NCBI GenBank assembly: GCA_035641315.1
Contig: DASQUK010000048.1
Span: forward strand, 1,270-65,269
Length of the DNA stretch: 64,000 bases
Source of the DNA: Acidimicrobiales bacterium
GTDB taxonomy: Bacteria; Actinomycetota; Acidimicrobiia; Acidimicrobiales; VFJN01
Direction: 5' to 3'
The notes beneath the pieces are model-generated. The model had not been told where the DNA came from, ran no database searches, and saw nothing but the letters and a program-made list of their open reading frames with translations. Each line of letters begins with the position of its first letter. The stretch's first letter is position 1. Positions 17,011 through 26,856 of the stretch are shown piece by piece. A program made the position numbers and the translations under genes.

Positions 17011-19778
17011 GTGGACCACGTCGCTTCACTGCTGTTAGGTCTTGGCAACGGGGGGGTGTTCGCCGCCCTGGCCTTGGCGCTGGTCATCACCTACCGCGCC
17101 TCGGGCGTCGTCAACTTCGCCACCGGCGCCCAGGCCCTCTACGTCGCCTACACGTACGCCGGCCTTCGCCGGGGTGAGCTGCTCGTGCCCATCCCCGGGC
17201 TGCCCAAGCGGGTCGACCTCGGCTCCGAGCTCGGCTTCACCCTCGCCCTGGTGCTCTCTCTGGTGATCGCGGCGGCGCTCGGTGCCCTGTTGTACGTGCT
17301 GGTCTTCCGCCCGCTGCGGAATGCGCCGCCGCTGGCCAAGGCGGTCGCCTCGCTCGGCGTGCTGGTGGTGCTGCAGGGCGTCCTGGCCATCCGCCAGGGC
17401 ACGCTGACAGTGAGCGTGGCGGCGATCTTCCCGACCGACCGCTGGGAGCTGGGCTCGGCCCTCGTGCTCGCCGACCGCTTCTACCTCGCCGTGACCATCG
17501 TCGGCTTGGCGCTCGTGCTCGCCGCGGGCTTCCGTTTCACGCGCTTCGGGCTGGTCACCCGAGCCACGGCCGAGTCGCCGATCGGGGCCTACGTCAGCGG
17601 GGTCTCACCCGATCGCGTCGCGCTGCTGAACTGGATGCTGAGCGGCGTCATCGCCGGTCTCGCCGGGATCCTGATCGCCCCGATCAGCCCGCTCACGCCG
17701 GTGACCTACACGCTGTACGTCGTCCCCGCCCTGGCGGCCGCCGTGGTCGGCCGCTTCCAGTACCTGGTGCCGATCGTGGCCGCGGGCATCGCGATCGGCA
17801 TGCTGCAGTCCGAGGCGCTCACGCTGGCCGGCCGGTACGACTGGCTGCCCCAGACCGGCGCCTTCGAGCTGGTGCCGCTGATCGTCATCCTCGTCGCGCT
17901 CGTCGTCGTGGGCGCCGGGATGCCGGTGCGCGGCGGGCTGGTGCGCCAGCGGCTGGGGCACGCCCCGCGGCCCCGCTCGCTGCTGCTGCCCACCCTCCTC
18001 GGTGCGGGCGTCGGCCTGCTCGCCCTCCTGGCCACCGACGGGACTTGGCGGGGGGCGGTCATCGGCAGCTTCATCGCCGCCGTCATCGGGCTCTCCCTCG
18101 TCGTGGTGACCGGCTACGCCGGCCAGGTGTCGTTGGCCCAGCTGGCTCTGGCCGGCACGGCCGCGTTCACGCTCAGCGGCCTCACCGAGGGCTGGGGGGT
18201 GCCCTTCCCGTGGGCCCCGCTGCTCGCGGCGCTCGTGGCCACCGCCATCGGTGTCGTCGTCGGCCTGCCCGCCCTGCGCCTGCGCGGCCTCACCCTCGGC
18301 GTGGTCACGCTTGCCCTCGCCTACGCCATCGAGGCGGCGTGGTTCCGCAACACCGACATCGTCTCGAGCGACGGCGCGCGGGTGACGCCGCCCGAGCTGT
18401 TCGGCTGGGACCTGGGAATCGGGGCCGGCCGGGCGTTCCCGCGCATCGAGTTCGGCCTGCTCTGCCTGGGCGTGCTCGTCGCCGTCGCCGTCGGCATCGC
18501 CGCCCTGCGGCGCAGCGCGCTCGGCTCGGCCATGCTGGCCGTGCGGGCCAACGAGCGCTCGGCGGCGGCCGTCGGCGTCAACGTCGTGCGCGTGAAGGTC
18601 CTCAGCTTCGCGATCGCGTCGTTCATCGCCGGTCTCGGTGGCAGCCTGCTGGCGTACCGCCGGGGGGTCGTGACGTTCGACTCGTTCACCGCGATCGGTG
18701 GGCTCGCCCTGCTGTCCACCGCGTACCTCGCCGGCGTCACCTCGGTCTGGGGCGGCATCAACGCCGGGATCCTTGCGTCCTCGGGCATCGTGTTCATCGC
18801 CCTGGACCGCTGGGTCGACGTCGGCGAGTGGTTCCAGGTGATCAGCGGCGTGCTGCTCATCGCGACACTGATCGCGCACCCCGAGGGCATCGCCAGCGGA
18901 GGCCACCAGATCGCCGACCGCCTGGCCCGATGGCGGGCGCGCCGGCGAGCCACCGAACCGGCCGTCGAGCGCCCGGCGGTCGCCACCGCCACGGACCGCG
19001 AACGCCCGGCGGTCGCGGCCGCCGAGAGGCCGGTGGCTGCCCCGGCGGCGGAAGGCCCCGCCCTGCACGTCGACCACCTCACCGTCCGCTACGGCGGAGT
19101 CGTCGCCGTCAACGCCGTGTCGTTGCGCGTCGAGCCCGGCAGGATCGTGGGGCTCATCGGCCCGAACGGTGCCGGCAAGACGAGCGTCATCGACGCCATC
19201 ACCGGCTTCGCACCGGCGAGCGGCACGATCGAGCTCGCCGGGCAGGTCATCGGTGCGCTCGCTCCGCACGCCCGGGTGCGCGCCGGCCTCGGCCGCACGT
19301 TCCAACAGCTCGAGCTCTACGACGACCTGTCGGTCGAGGAGAACGTCAGCGTGGCGGCGTTCGGCGGTCGCCAGGCCGACCGCCGAGCCGCAGTCGCCCG
19401 GGCGCTCGAGAACGTCGGGATCGCGGCGTTGGGCGACCGCCCGGCCGGCGAGCTCAGCCAGGGCGAGCGCCAGCTCGTCTCCATCGCCCGGGCGTGCGTC
19501 GCCGAACCCTCTGTGCTGCTGCTCGACGAGCCCGCCGCCGGCCTCGACACTCAGGAGAGCGGGAGGCTGGGCGAGCGCATCCGGGCCATCGCCGCGTCGC
19601 GCACGGCGGTCCTCCTCGTCGACCACGACGTCGCCTTGGTGCTGCAGGTGTGCGACGACGTCTACGTGCTCGACTTCGGTGCGGTGATCGCCGAGGGCCC
19701 ACCGGAGACGATCCGGGCCAACCGCGCCGTCGCCGACGCCTACCTGGGTGCCATGCACGACGCCGAGGCAGTATCCGC

Positions 19779-19782
<4 letters not shown>
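17011..19782 (+). CDS. fused branched-chain-amino-acid-type ABC permease/permease/ATPase (LivH-LivM-LivG in one polypeptide)
   Basis: Single uninterrupted 923-aa ORF with GTG start. Residues ~1-310 are LivH-like (GNGGVFAALALALVITYRASGVVNFATG). Residues ~325-650 are LivM-like (VVTGYAGQVSLAQLALAG). Next comes a Pro/Ala/Glu linker with three ERPAVA-like repeats. The final part is an ABC ATPase with Walker A GPNGAGKT, signature LSQGERQ and Walker B LLLDEP. Confidence 0.9.
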
Positions 19783-20510
<728 letters not shown>

Positions 20511-20551
20511 TCAGAACGCTCCCCGGCATCAAGGGTCCGTGGCAACCGCCC

Positions 20552-20645
20552 GAGGCAATACCCGCCGCTTCGGGCCTTCCGAGGTAATGGCCGCCGCTGG
20601 CGGCCGCTATTACCTCGAGAGTTCTCGGCCGGCGGCTATTGCCTC
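20552..20645. repeat. 94-nt nested-palindrome repeat, copy A
   Basis: Four 16-nt motifs are arranged > > < <: GAGGCAATACCCGCCG (20552), GAGGTAATGGCCGCCG (20581), CGGCCGCTATTACCTC (20601), CGGCGGCTATTGCCTC (20630). Spacing is 29/20/29. It begins 41 nt after the livF-like stop codon. Confidence 0.85.
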
Positions 20646-20711
20646 GCGACGGCAGCGCCGTCGCTGCCGGATGGCCCCGAGAATGTCACAGGGCGCGTGT
20701 TTGCTGTGGGC

Positions 20712-21723
20712 ATGGCCACCTCCACCTCCTCGACCTTCCATGCGCCCATTGCCACGATCGAGGCCCGCATCGCCGCCCTCGCCGCCCGACAGGTGGGCGC
20801 GGTGGGTCGGTCACAGGTGCTCGAACTCGGCTTGAGTGAGACGTCGATCCGACGGCGGCTCCGGTCCGGCGCGTGGGCCAGGGTGCACCCCGGCGTCTAC
20901 AGGGTGAGTGCCATCCCGTCGTCGTGGCTCACCGAGGTCTGGTGCGCGCTGCTGGCGGCCGGGCCTACGGCAACCGTGACCCACGAGACGGCCGTGCGCC
21001 TGCACGGGTGTGAGCTGGTGCAGCTGCGACCGATCACCCTCACCGTGCCACACGGCGCGCATGCCCGCGTGCGCGGCGCGGTCGTACACCAGATCGACGA
21101 CCTTCGCCCGCACAACGTGATGGCACTGAATGGTCTGCCTGTCAGCATGCCCGACCCAGCCGTGGTGGAACTGGCGGCGACGCCCAGACACAAGCAGCTG
21201 GGTCGGGTGCTCAACGAGCTTGTGCATGCCAAGCGAACGAGCTACGAGCTTGTGGGCGCCCGCCTCCACGAGGTGATACGGCCGGGCAAGCCTGGTGTCG
21301 TCCCTCGGTCGCGTGCTCGACGAGCAGTGGGACGGTCCCATCCCGCCGGCAAGCGAACTGGAGAGGGCGCTCTTCGCAGCGCTGGACGCCGGCGGCCTGC
21401 CCCGGCCGCGCCGCCAGATGGCGTTGCCATGTCGCGGCGCCATCGAGGGGCTGGTCGACGCCGCCTACCCGGACTGCCGCCTCATCCTCGAATCCGACGG
21501 CCGGCGCTGGCACGCACGCATCAACGATCTCAAGCGGGACCACGAGCGTGATGCAGAGGCCGCCCGCGCCGGCTGGCAGACGCTGCGCTTCGTTTACGAG
21601 CAGATCGTTCACGACCCGCACGAGGTATGCGCGGTCGTCGCGGACGTCCGGGCGGTGCGCTCGACGGCAGGACCACCCCGGCAGCGCGAGGCAATAGCCG
21701 CCGCATCGGGACTTCCGAGGTGA
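20712..21723 (+). pseudogene. DUF559 (Vsr-like endonuclease fold) protein with AbiEi-like N-terminal domain, frameshifted
   Basis: The N-terminal part lies in ORF 20697..21551 (...QVLELGLSETSIRRRLRSGAWARVHPGVYR...). The family-typical C-terminus (PPASELERALFAALDAGGLPRP..., ESDGRRWHARINDLKRDHERDAEAARAGWQTLRF) lies in ORF 21295..21723, in another frame. The span is 1012 nt (3n+1), with the break near 21290-21300. The last 12 codons and the stop come from repeat copy B. Confidence 0.75.
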
Positions 21724-21781
21724 TAGCCGCCGCCAGCGGCGGCTATCACCTCAAGACCTGTCGGTCGGCGGCTATTGCCTC
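21688..21781. repeat. 94-nt nested-palindrome repeat, copy B
   Basis: Same orientation and geometry as copy A (motifs at 21688, 21717, 21737, 21766). By hand alignment about 80 of 94 positions are identical to A. The inner arms form a perfect 17-bp palindrome, GAGGTGATAGCCGCCGC/GCGGCGGCTATCACCTC. Confidence 0.85.
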
Positions 21782-21799
21782 ACCAGCCCCCAACGTCGA

Positions 21800-23008
21800 T
21801 CAGCGGACGGCCTGGACCGGGACGTTCGAGTAGCCGGCGACGTTGGCCATGTGGACCCGGCGGAGGCCGGCCTCGTCGACGTCCAGGTGCCGCCACCGCG
21901 TGGCGATCTCCTCGAGGGCGACGCGGCTCTCCATCCGCGCCAGTGCGGCGCCGAGGCAGCTGTGCACGCCGTGGCCGAAGCCGATGGACACGTTGGGTGG
22001 GCGCTCGATGTCGAACTCGTCGGGGCGGTCGAAGGCGCGCGGGTCACGGGTCGCCGCGCCCGTCAGGAGCAGGACCGGGAAGCCCGCGGGGATGGTGCCG
22101 CCCTCGTAGTGGCGCTCCTCCACCGAGAACCGGCCCTGGTACTGCGAGGGCGGGATGTACCGCAGGATCTCCTCGACCGCCCGCGGGATCTTCTCGCGGT
22201 CGTCCGCGATCTTCTGCCACTGGTCGGGATGCTGCGAGAACAGCACCACCGCGTTGCCGACGAGCTTGGTCACGGTCTCGGCCCCGGCACCGCCGAGCAG
22301 CATCGCGAAGCCGGCGATCTCGGCGTCGTCGAGCCCGGTCTCTTCGCCGTCGCCGCGGTCCACCGTCACCTGCGTCAGCCTGGAGAGCATGTCGTCGGCC
22401 GGGTTCGTCCGCTTCTCGGCCGTGAGCTCGTAGTAGTAGGCGCCCTGGGCCATGATCGCCTCCTGGCCCTCGGGCGTGGGCTCCAGCTGTCCGGGCTCGC
22501 GGTGGAGGCTCAGATCGACCCAGTGGCGGACCTGCTGGCGCTCGCCGTCCGGCACGCCGAGCATGCGGGAGATGATCTCGACGGGGAAGAGGGCCGAGAA
22601 GTCGGCGACCGCATCGAAGTGGGTGGCGCCGTCCAGCGGCTCCAGGAAGCCACGGATGACCTCCCGGACCATCGGTTCGAGCGCGGTGACGGCCCGCGGC
22701 GTGAACACGCGGCTGACGAGCGCCCGGAGGCGGTCGTGCTCCGGCGGGTCCATCATGATGATGCTCCGGAAGCTGCGGACCAGCTCCGGGTCCATCGACA
22801 GCGTGTTGAGGTCGACGCCGTGCGCGCTCGACAGCCCCTTCCAGTCCCGGTGGGCGGCCACGAGGTCTGCGAAGCGCGACAGCGCGTAGAAGCCGTACCT
22901 CTCGCTGAAGTAGACGGGCGCCTCGTCGCGGAGGCGGCGGTACACCTCGGTCGGGTCGTTGAAGTACTCGTCCGAGAAGGGATCGAACTCGACGGCGGTG
23001 ACGGGCAT
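21800..23008 (-). CDS. cytochrome P450
   Basis: 402-aa ORF with heme-ligand loop FGHGVHSCLGAALAR and an EXXR region. Paralogous to the partial P450 at 62847. Confidence 0.92.
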   Translation of the reverse strand: MPVTAVEFDPFSDEYFNDPTEVYRRLRDEAPVYFSERYGFYALSRFADLVAAHRDWKGLSSAHGVDLNTLSMDPELVRSFRSIIMMDPPEHDRLRALVSRVFTPRAVTALEPMVREVIRGFLEPLDGATHFDAVADFSALFPVEIISRMLGVPDGERQQVRHWVDLSLHREPGQLEPTPEGQEAIMAQGAYYYELTAEKRTNPADDMLSRLTQVTVDRGDGEETGLDDAEIAGFAMLLGGAGAETVTKLVGNAVVLFSQHPDQWQKIADDREKIPRAVEEILRYIPPSQYQGRFSVEERHYEGGTIPAGFPVLLLTGAATRDPRAFDRPDEFDIERPPNVSIGFGHGVHSCLGAALARMESRVALEEIATRWRHLDVDEAGLRRVHMANVAGYSNVPVQAVR

Positions 23009-23023
23009 GCGGTGTCTCCGTGC

Positions 23024-23779
23024 TCAGGACGGCGTGGCGGTGCGGCGCGGCGCCACGGTGACCGACGGGACGGACAGGCTGGGGCCGCTCCGGAGCAGCG
23101 CGTCGACGGTCGCCACGAGGTGCTCGACGTCGATCAGCGAGCCGCTCAGGTAATCGCGGGTGGCCCACACCGGGTGCAGCTCGGCGGCCAGCTCCGGGTC
23201 CCACCCGTTGGCGAACCCCGTCATCGAGTCGCCCTCGCCGCCGGCGCAGTCGCCGACGGTGAGCCGGGTGAAGCTGATGCCCGGGTGCTCGGCCCGCCAC
23301 GCGTCCACCAGCTTGTCGAGGGCGGCCTTGCTGACCGCGTAGGCGCCGAGCCCTGGCCAGGGCGGCGTCAGCGACGCGCTGACCGACGAGAAGTAGATGG
23401 CCGTGCCACCGGATGCCGTGAGGTGGGGGAGGGCCGCCGCCGTCACGACCGCGGCGCCCGTCACGTTGGTGTCGAACACCCGCCGCCAGGTCTCGGCGTC
23501 GGTGTCCGCGAGGCGGGCCAGCGGGCCGATGCCCGTCGTGTAGACGAGGGCGTCGATGCCGCCCAGCTCGGTCGCCGCCTCGGCGATCGCCGACCGGCTG
23601 GACGCCTCGTCGGTGACGTCGCAGGGGATCGCCACCGCGCCGTTGCCGGCCTCCTTGGCGGCGTCCTCGAGACGCTCACGCCGCCGGGCCAGCAGCGCTA
23701 CGCGGTCCCCCCGTTGTGCCAGGCCGATTCCGACACAGCGCCCGAGCCCGCTCGACGCGCCCACGATCACGGTTCGCAC
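23024..23779 (-). CDS. SDR family oxidoreductase
   Basis: 251-aa ORF with VIVGASSGLGR glycine motif and YAVSKAAL catalytic motif. It lies 15 nt upstream of the P450. Confidence 0.85.
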   Translation of the reverse strand: MRTVIVGASSGLGRCVGIGLAQRGDRVALLARRRERLEDAAKEAGNGAVAIPCDVTDEASSRSAIAEAATELGGIDALVYTTGIGPLARLADTDAETWRRVFDTNVTGAAVVTAAALPHLTASGGTAIYFSSVSASLTPPWPGLGAYAVSKAALDKLVDAWRAEHPGISFTRLTVGDCAGGEGDSMTGFANGWDPELAAELHPVWATRDYLSGSLIDVEHLVATVDALLRSGPSLSVPSVTVAPRRTATPS

Positions 23780-23806
23780 CGTTGGCCACCCCCTCTGTGG
23801 ATCGAC

Positions 23807-25171
23807 TCAGATGTTAGACGACGCGGGCCACTGACCGAGCAGCCCCCGCTCGATGATGTGGGTGGCTGCGTCGATCGCGGGCGTCGCCCGCCCCTGGGCG
23901 CCGAACACGCTCAGCAGCGCCACCATGACCACGGCCTCGGTATCGACGTCACCGAACTCGCGAGGCGCGAGGAAGCGCGCCATCCGCCGCCGGCCCCAAT
24001 CCAGCGCCGCCGCCGAGTCGGCGCTCAGCGTGGGGTGCTGGAACAGGGCATCGGCCCAGACCCGGATCATGGCCGCCTCGGTCGCGTACGCGGCGTTGTA
24101 GCGGCGGAGCCAGCGGCGCAGGGCCGCCCGGCTCGCAGGGCCTTCCGGGCCGGCGCTGTCGGGTATGTCCGCGAAGGCGGTCGCGACCCGCCGGACGGCT
24201 CGTGCCGCCAGCACCTCCGCGAACTGATCCTTGCTCTCGAAGTAGTGGTAGAAGGCCCCGTGCGACACGCCCGCCGCGGTGACGATGTCGTCGACGCGGG
24301 CGCCGTGGTAGCCGCGGGCCACGAACATGTCCCGGCCCGCTTCCATGAGCGCCTCGAGCGCCCGCCGACCGGCCGCGTTCAACGCGGGAGGCACGTCGTC
24401 CTGTTGGAGCGCGGCCCGCATGACGGGGCCGAACTCGAGCGCCGGCGGCCGGCGAGCGGCCGGCGGGTGCACGTTCACGTCGGCGCGGGGACCGAACAGG
24501 CTGCGATGCACGACGTCGGCGAGCGCGTCCTCGACCCTCGCCGGGGGGTAGGCCTCCGGTGCGGCGGAGCGCAGGACGATTGCGTTCTCGAAGGCACGGG
24601 GCACGCACTCGAGGAGGAGGGCGATCACGGGGTCGAGCTGGCGGGCCGGCAACGTCGTCGTCGCCAGCTTGGACCGGACCGCAGCGACATCCCGTTCACC
24701 CGCTCGTGCCGACCCCCCGGCGACCGCCTCGTCGCTCTCGGCCGCGGCCTGGAACGCCTGGAAGACGGGGCGGTAGCGCTCGTGGATGTCGGCGTAGCGG
24801 GCGACCCATGCCCGGATGGCCGTCCAGCCCTCCACGTCCGGCGTCAGCGTGCCGAGTGCCTCGGTCGATGCGCCCAGCTGGCGGGCCACCTGCCCCGTCA
24901 GGTGGCGGAACACGTCCTCCTTGCCCGCGAAGTACTGGTAGAAGGACACCCGCGAGCATCCGGCCAGCTTGGTGATCCGGGCCACGCCGCACTGGTGGTA
25001 GCCCTCCTCGCCGAAGACGCGCAGTGCGGCGTCGACGATGCGTTGCTGCGTCCGTTGCCCGCGGGCCCCCACCTGCGGGTTGTCCGAGAACGGCGCGCGG
25101 CGCATCACCGAGCGCCCGTCGTCGACGCCGGGCAGGATGGTCGCAGGTTCGGGGCTGCTTCGGCGTGACAT
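23807..25171 (-). CDS. tandem (duplicated) TetR-family transcriptional regulator
   Basis: 454-aa ORF containing two complete TetR modules. HTH 1 is RIVDAALRVFGEEGYHQCGVARITKLAGCSRVSFYQYFAGKEDVF. HTH 2 is ALEALMEAGRDMFVARGYHGARVDDIVTAAGVSHGAFYHYFESKDQF. Each is followed by a helical ligand-type domain of about 150 aa. Confidence 0.85.
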   Translation of the reverse strand: MSRRSSPEPATILPGVDDGRSVMRRAPFSDNPQVGARGQRTQQRIVDAALRVFGEEGYHQCGVARITKLAGCSRVSFYQYFAGKEDVFRHLTGQVARQLGASTEALGTLTPDVEGWTAIRAWVARYADIHERYRPVFQAFQAAAESDEAVAGGSARAGERDVAAVRSKLATTTLPARQLDPVIALLLECVPRAFENAIVLRSAAPEAYPPARVEDALADVVHRSLFGPRADVNVHPPAARRPPALEFGPVMRAALQQDDVPPALNAAGRRALEALMEAGRDMFVARGYHGARVDDIVTAAGVSHGAFYHYFESKDQFAEVLAARAVRRVATAFADIPDSAGPEGPASRAALRRWLRRYNAAYATEAAMIRVWADALFQHPTLSADSAAALDWGRRRMARFLAPREFGDVDTEAVVMVALLSVFGAQGRATPAIDAATHIIERGLLGQWPASSNI

Positions 25172-25174
25172 GGT

Positions 25175-25192
25175 CAGAAGTCGACTCTACTG
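25175..25192. promoter_or_regulatory. imperfect palindrome, candidate operator of the tandem TetR
   Basis: CAGAAGTCGACTCTACTG is centred on GTCGAC. It sits in the 57-nt divergent intergenic region, directly next to the TetR start at 25171. Confidence 0.3.
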
Positions 25193-25228
25193 TTAGCCCC
25201 GGCACCGCGACGAGATGGGGGACAACAC

Positions 25229-26782
25229 ATGGCCGGACGCCGCGGGGGCGCGGGCATGCTAACGGGGACGTTGCTGCTGATGCTGCTGGCAGCGGGGATG
25301 GGGTGCTCGTCGGGCGGATCGGGCGGTGACGACGTCGACGGGGCCGACGCCGCCGGGGACCCGGAGGCGACGGACGAGCCCGCCGGGCCCGTTCCCGGCG
25401 CCGACGTGGCGCGCCCGACCGTGAGCGGGCCCGTCACCGGCGGTACGCAGGGCCAGCCGTTCAACGCCATGCCGGCGGAACTGGCCGAGCGCTACGACTA
25501 CGTGGAGGAGGAGTACTTCATCGAGGGCGAGGCGACGGCCTACCAGCCCCAGGGTGAGCTGGGCGAGGACGGGCGCTGGGCAGTCACCGAGGCGGACGCG
25601 GCTCCATACCGGACCCGCATCATCCTGCGCCGTCCGGCGGATCCCGACGCCTTCGACGGGACGGTGTTCGTCGAGTGGCTCAACGTGACCGCCGGCGTGG
25701 ACGCCGACCCCGAGTTCGGCCTCGCCCATCCCGAGCTGTTGGCGCACGGCTCCGCCTACGTCGGCGTGTCTGCCCAGGCGGTGAGCGTCGTGGGGGGCGC
25801 GCCCGCTCTGCCCGTCGAGATCCCGGGGGTGCCGCCGCCCCAGCCGCTCAGGGAGTGGGATCCCGAGCGGTACGGCGACCTCGTCCACCCGGGCGACCCC
25901 TACTCCTACGACATCTTCTCCCAGGCTGCGCAGGCCATCCGCCGCCCAGGCGACGTCGACGTGCTGGACGGGCTGGACACCCGTCACGTCATCGGCATGG
26001 GCGAGTCGCAGTCGGGCGCCCGCATGGTCACCTATGTCGACGCCATCCATCCCCTTGCCGGCATCTACGACGGCTTCCTGGTCCACAGCCGGGGTGGGGG
26101 CGGAGCACCGCTCGGCGAGGGCGGGTTCGTCCTGGGCGAAGGCGTGGCCCGCATCCGCGACGACCTCGAGGAGCCGGTGCTCCAGTTCATCACCGAGACC
26201 GATCTCTTCGGGGTCCTCGGCTTCTACGCCGCCCGGCAGGACGACACCGACGCGCTGCGTACCTGGGAGGTCGCCGGCACCGCCCACGCCGACCAGTCCA
26301 TCCTCGACTACGGCGCCGAGATGGCCCGAGAGGTGGGGGGCGGCGTCGACTTGGCGGCGCAGTGCGGTTCGATCAACGAGGGCCCCCAAGCCCAGGTCCT
26401 GCGCGCTGCGATCGCCGCGTTGCGGACCTGGGTCGTCGACGGCGAACCACCGCCGTCGGCGCCGCCGCTCGAAGTCGAGGGCGGGGCCATCGCGCGGGAC
26501 GAGCGGGGCATCGCGCTCGGTGGCATCCGCACCCCGGCGGTCGACGCGCCGGTGTCGGTGCTGACCGGCGAGGCGCGGCCCGGCCGGAGCGTGCTCTGCC
26601 TGCTCTTCGGGGAAACGAGGCCGTTCAACGCCGCCACGCTGGCCGGCCTGTACCCCACCCACCAGGACTACGTCGACGCCGTGGCCGAGTCCGCCGACGC
26701 GGCTGTCGCCATCGGCTTCCTGCTGCAAGCCGACGCCGACGACATCGTGGCCGCGGCCGAGGACGCCGCCGTCCCCTCGTAG
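25229..26782 (+). CDS. secreted/lipoprotein alpha/beta hydrolase domain protein
   Basis: 517-aa ORF. Signal/lipobox-like LLLMLLAAGMGCSSGG. Nucleophile-elbow-like GMGESQSG. Its C-terminal region is paralogous to 26857..27279. Confidence 0.75.
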   Translation: MAGRRGGAGMLTGTLLLMLLAAGMGCSSGGSGGDDVDGADAAGDPEATDEPAGPVPGADVARPTVSGPVTGGTQGQPFNAMPAELAERYDYVEEEYFIEGEATAYQPQGELGEDGRWAVTEADAAPYRTRIILRRPADPDAFDGTVFVEWLNVTAGVDADPEFGLAHPELLAHGSAYVGVSAQAVSVVGGAPALPVEIPGVPPPQPLREWDPERYGDLVHPGDPYSYDIFSQAAQAIRRPGDVDVLDGLDTRHVIGMGESQSGARMVTYVDAIHPLAGIYDGFLVHSRGGGGAPLGEGGFVLGEGVARIRDDLEEPVLQFITETDLFGVLGFYAARQDDTDALRTWEVAGTAHADQSILDYGAEMAREVGGGVDLAAQCGSINEGPQAQVLRAAIAALRTWVVDGEPPPSAPPLEVEGGAIARDERGIALGGIRTPAVDAPVSVLTGEARPGRSVLCLLFGETRPFNAATLAGLYPTHQDYVDAVAESADAAVAIGFLLQADADDIVAAAEDAAVPS

Positions 26783-26801
26783 CGCCGCGGCGGAGGCGTT
26801 T

Positions 26802-26842
26802 GGTACAGGAATGGTCGCTGGGGCGACGACCATTCCTGTACC
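26802..26842. terminator. bidirectional hairpin between convergent genes
   Basis: Perfect 16-bp stem GGTACAGGAATGGTCG / CGACCATTCCTGTACC with a 9-nt loop. It lies 19 nt after the stop at 26782 and 14 nt before the convergent stop at 26857. No U-tract. Confidence 0.6.
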
Positions 26843-26856
26843 GAGAACCGGGAGCG

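Noticed and set aside
20712-21723. AbiEi-like/DUF559 gene as an abortive-infection, toxin-antitoxin or defence system.
   Set aside because: No AbiEii-type nucleotidyltransferase toxin or other defence partner is adjacent. The gene is frameshifted, and this architecture is a common multi-copy actinobacterial gene of unknown role.
20552-21781. Whether the 94-nt repeats could be a CRISPR array, integron attC sites or IS/MITE terminal inverted repeats.
   Set aside because: There are only two copies 1.1 kb apart, with a gene rather than short spacers between them, and no cas genes. There are no attC R'/R'' core sites (GTTRRRY) and no integrase. There is no transposase, and no target-site duplication is visible. 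Each copy is internally palindromic rather than forming one long pair of terminal repeats. REP/BIME-like remains the best description.
21851-25168. 1105-aa plus-strand ORF. Similar giant ORFs include 325..2211, 12768..15479 (N-terminal part), 17605..19758, 18045..20510 (N-terminal part) and 4149..6101 (N-terminal part).
   Set aside because: They are antisense or out-of-frame shadows of well-supported genes in a very GC-rich sequence. Their products are Arg/Gly/Pro/Ala-rich with no family motifs. Only the short terminal segments listed as features are credible.
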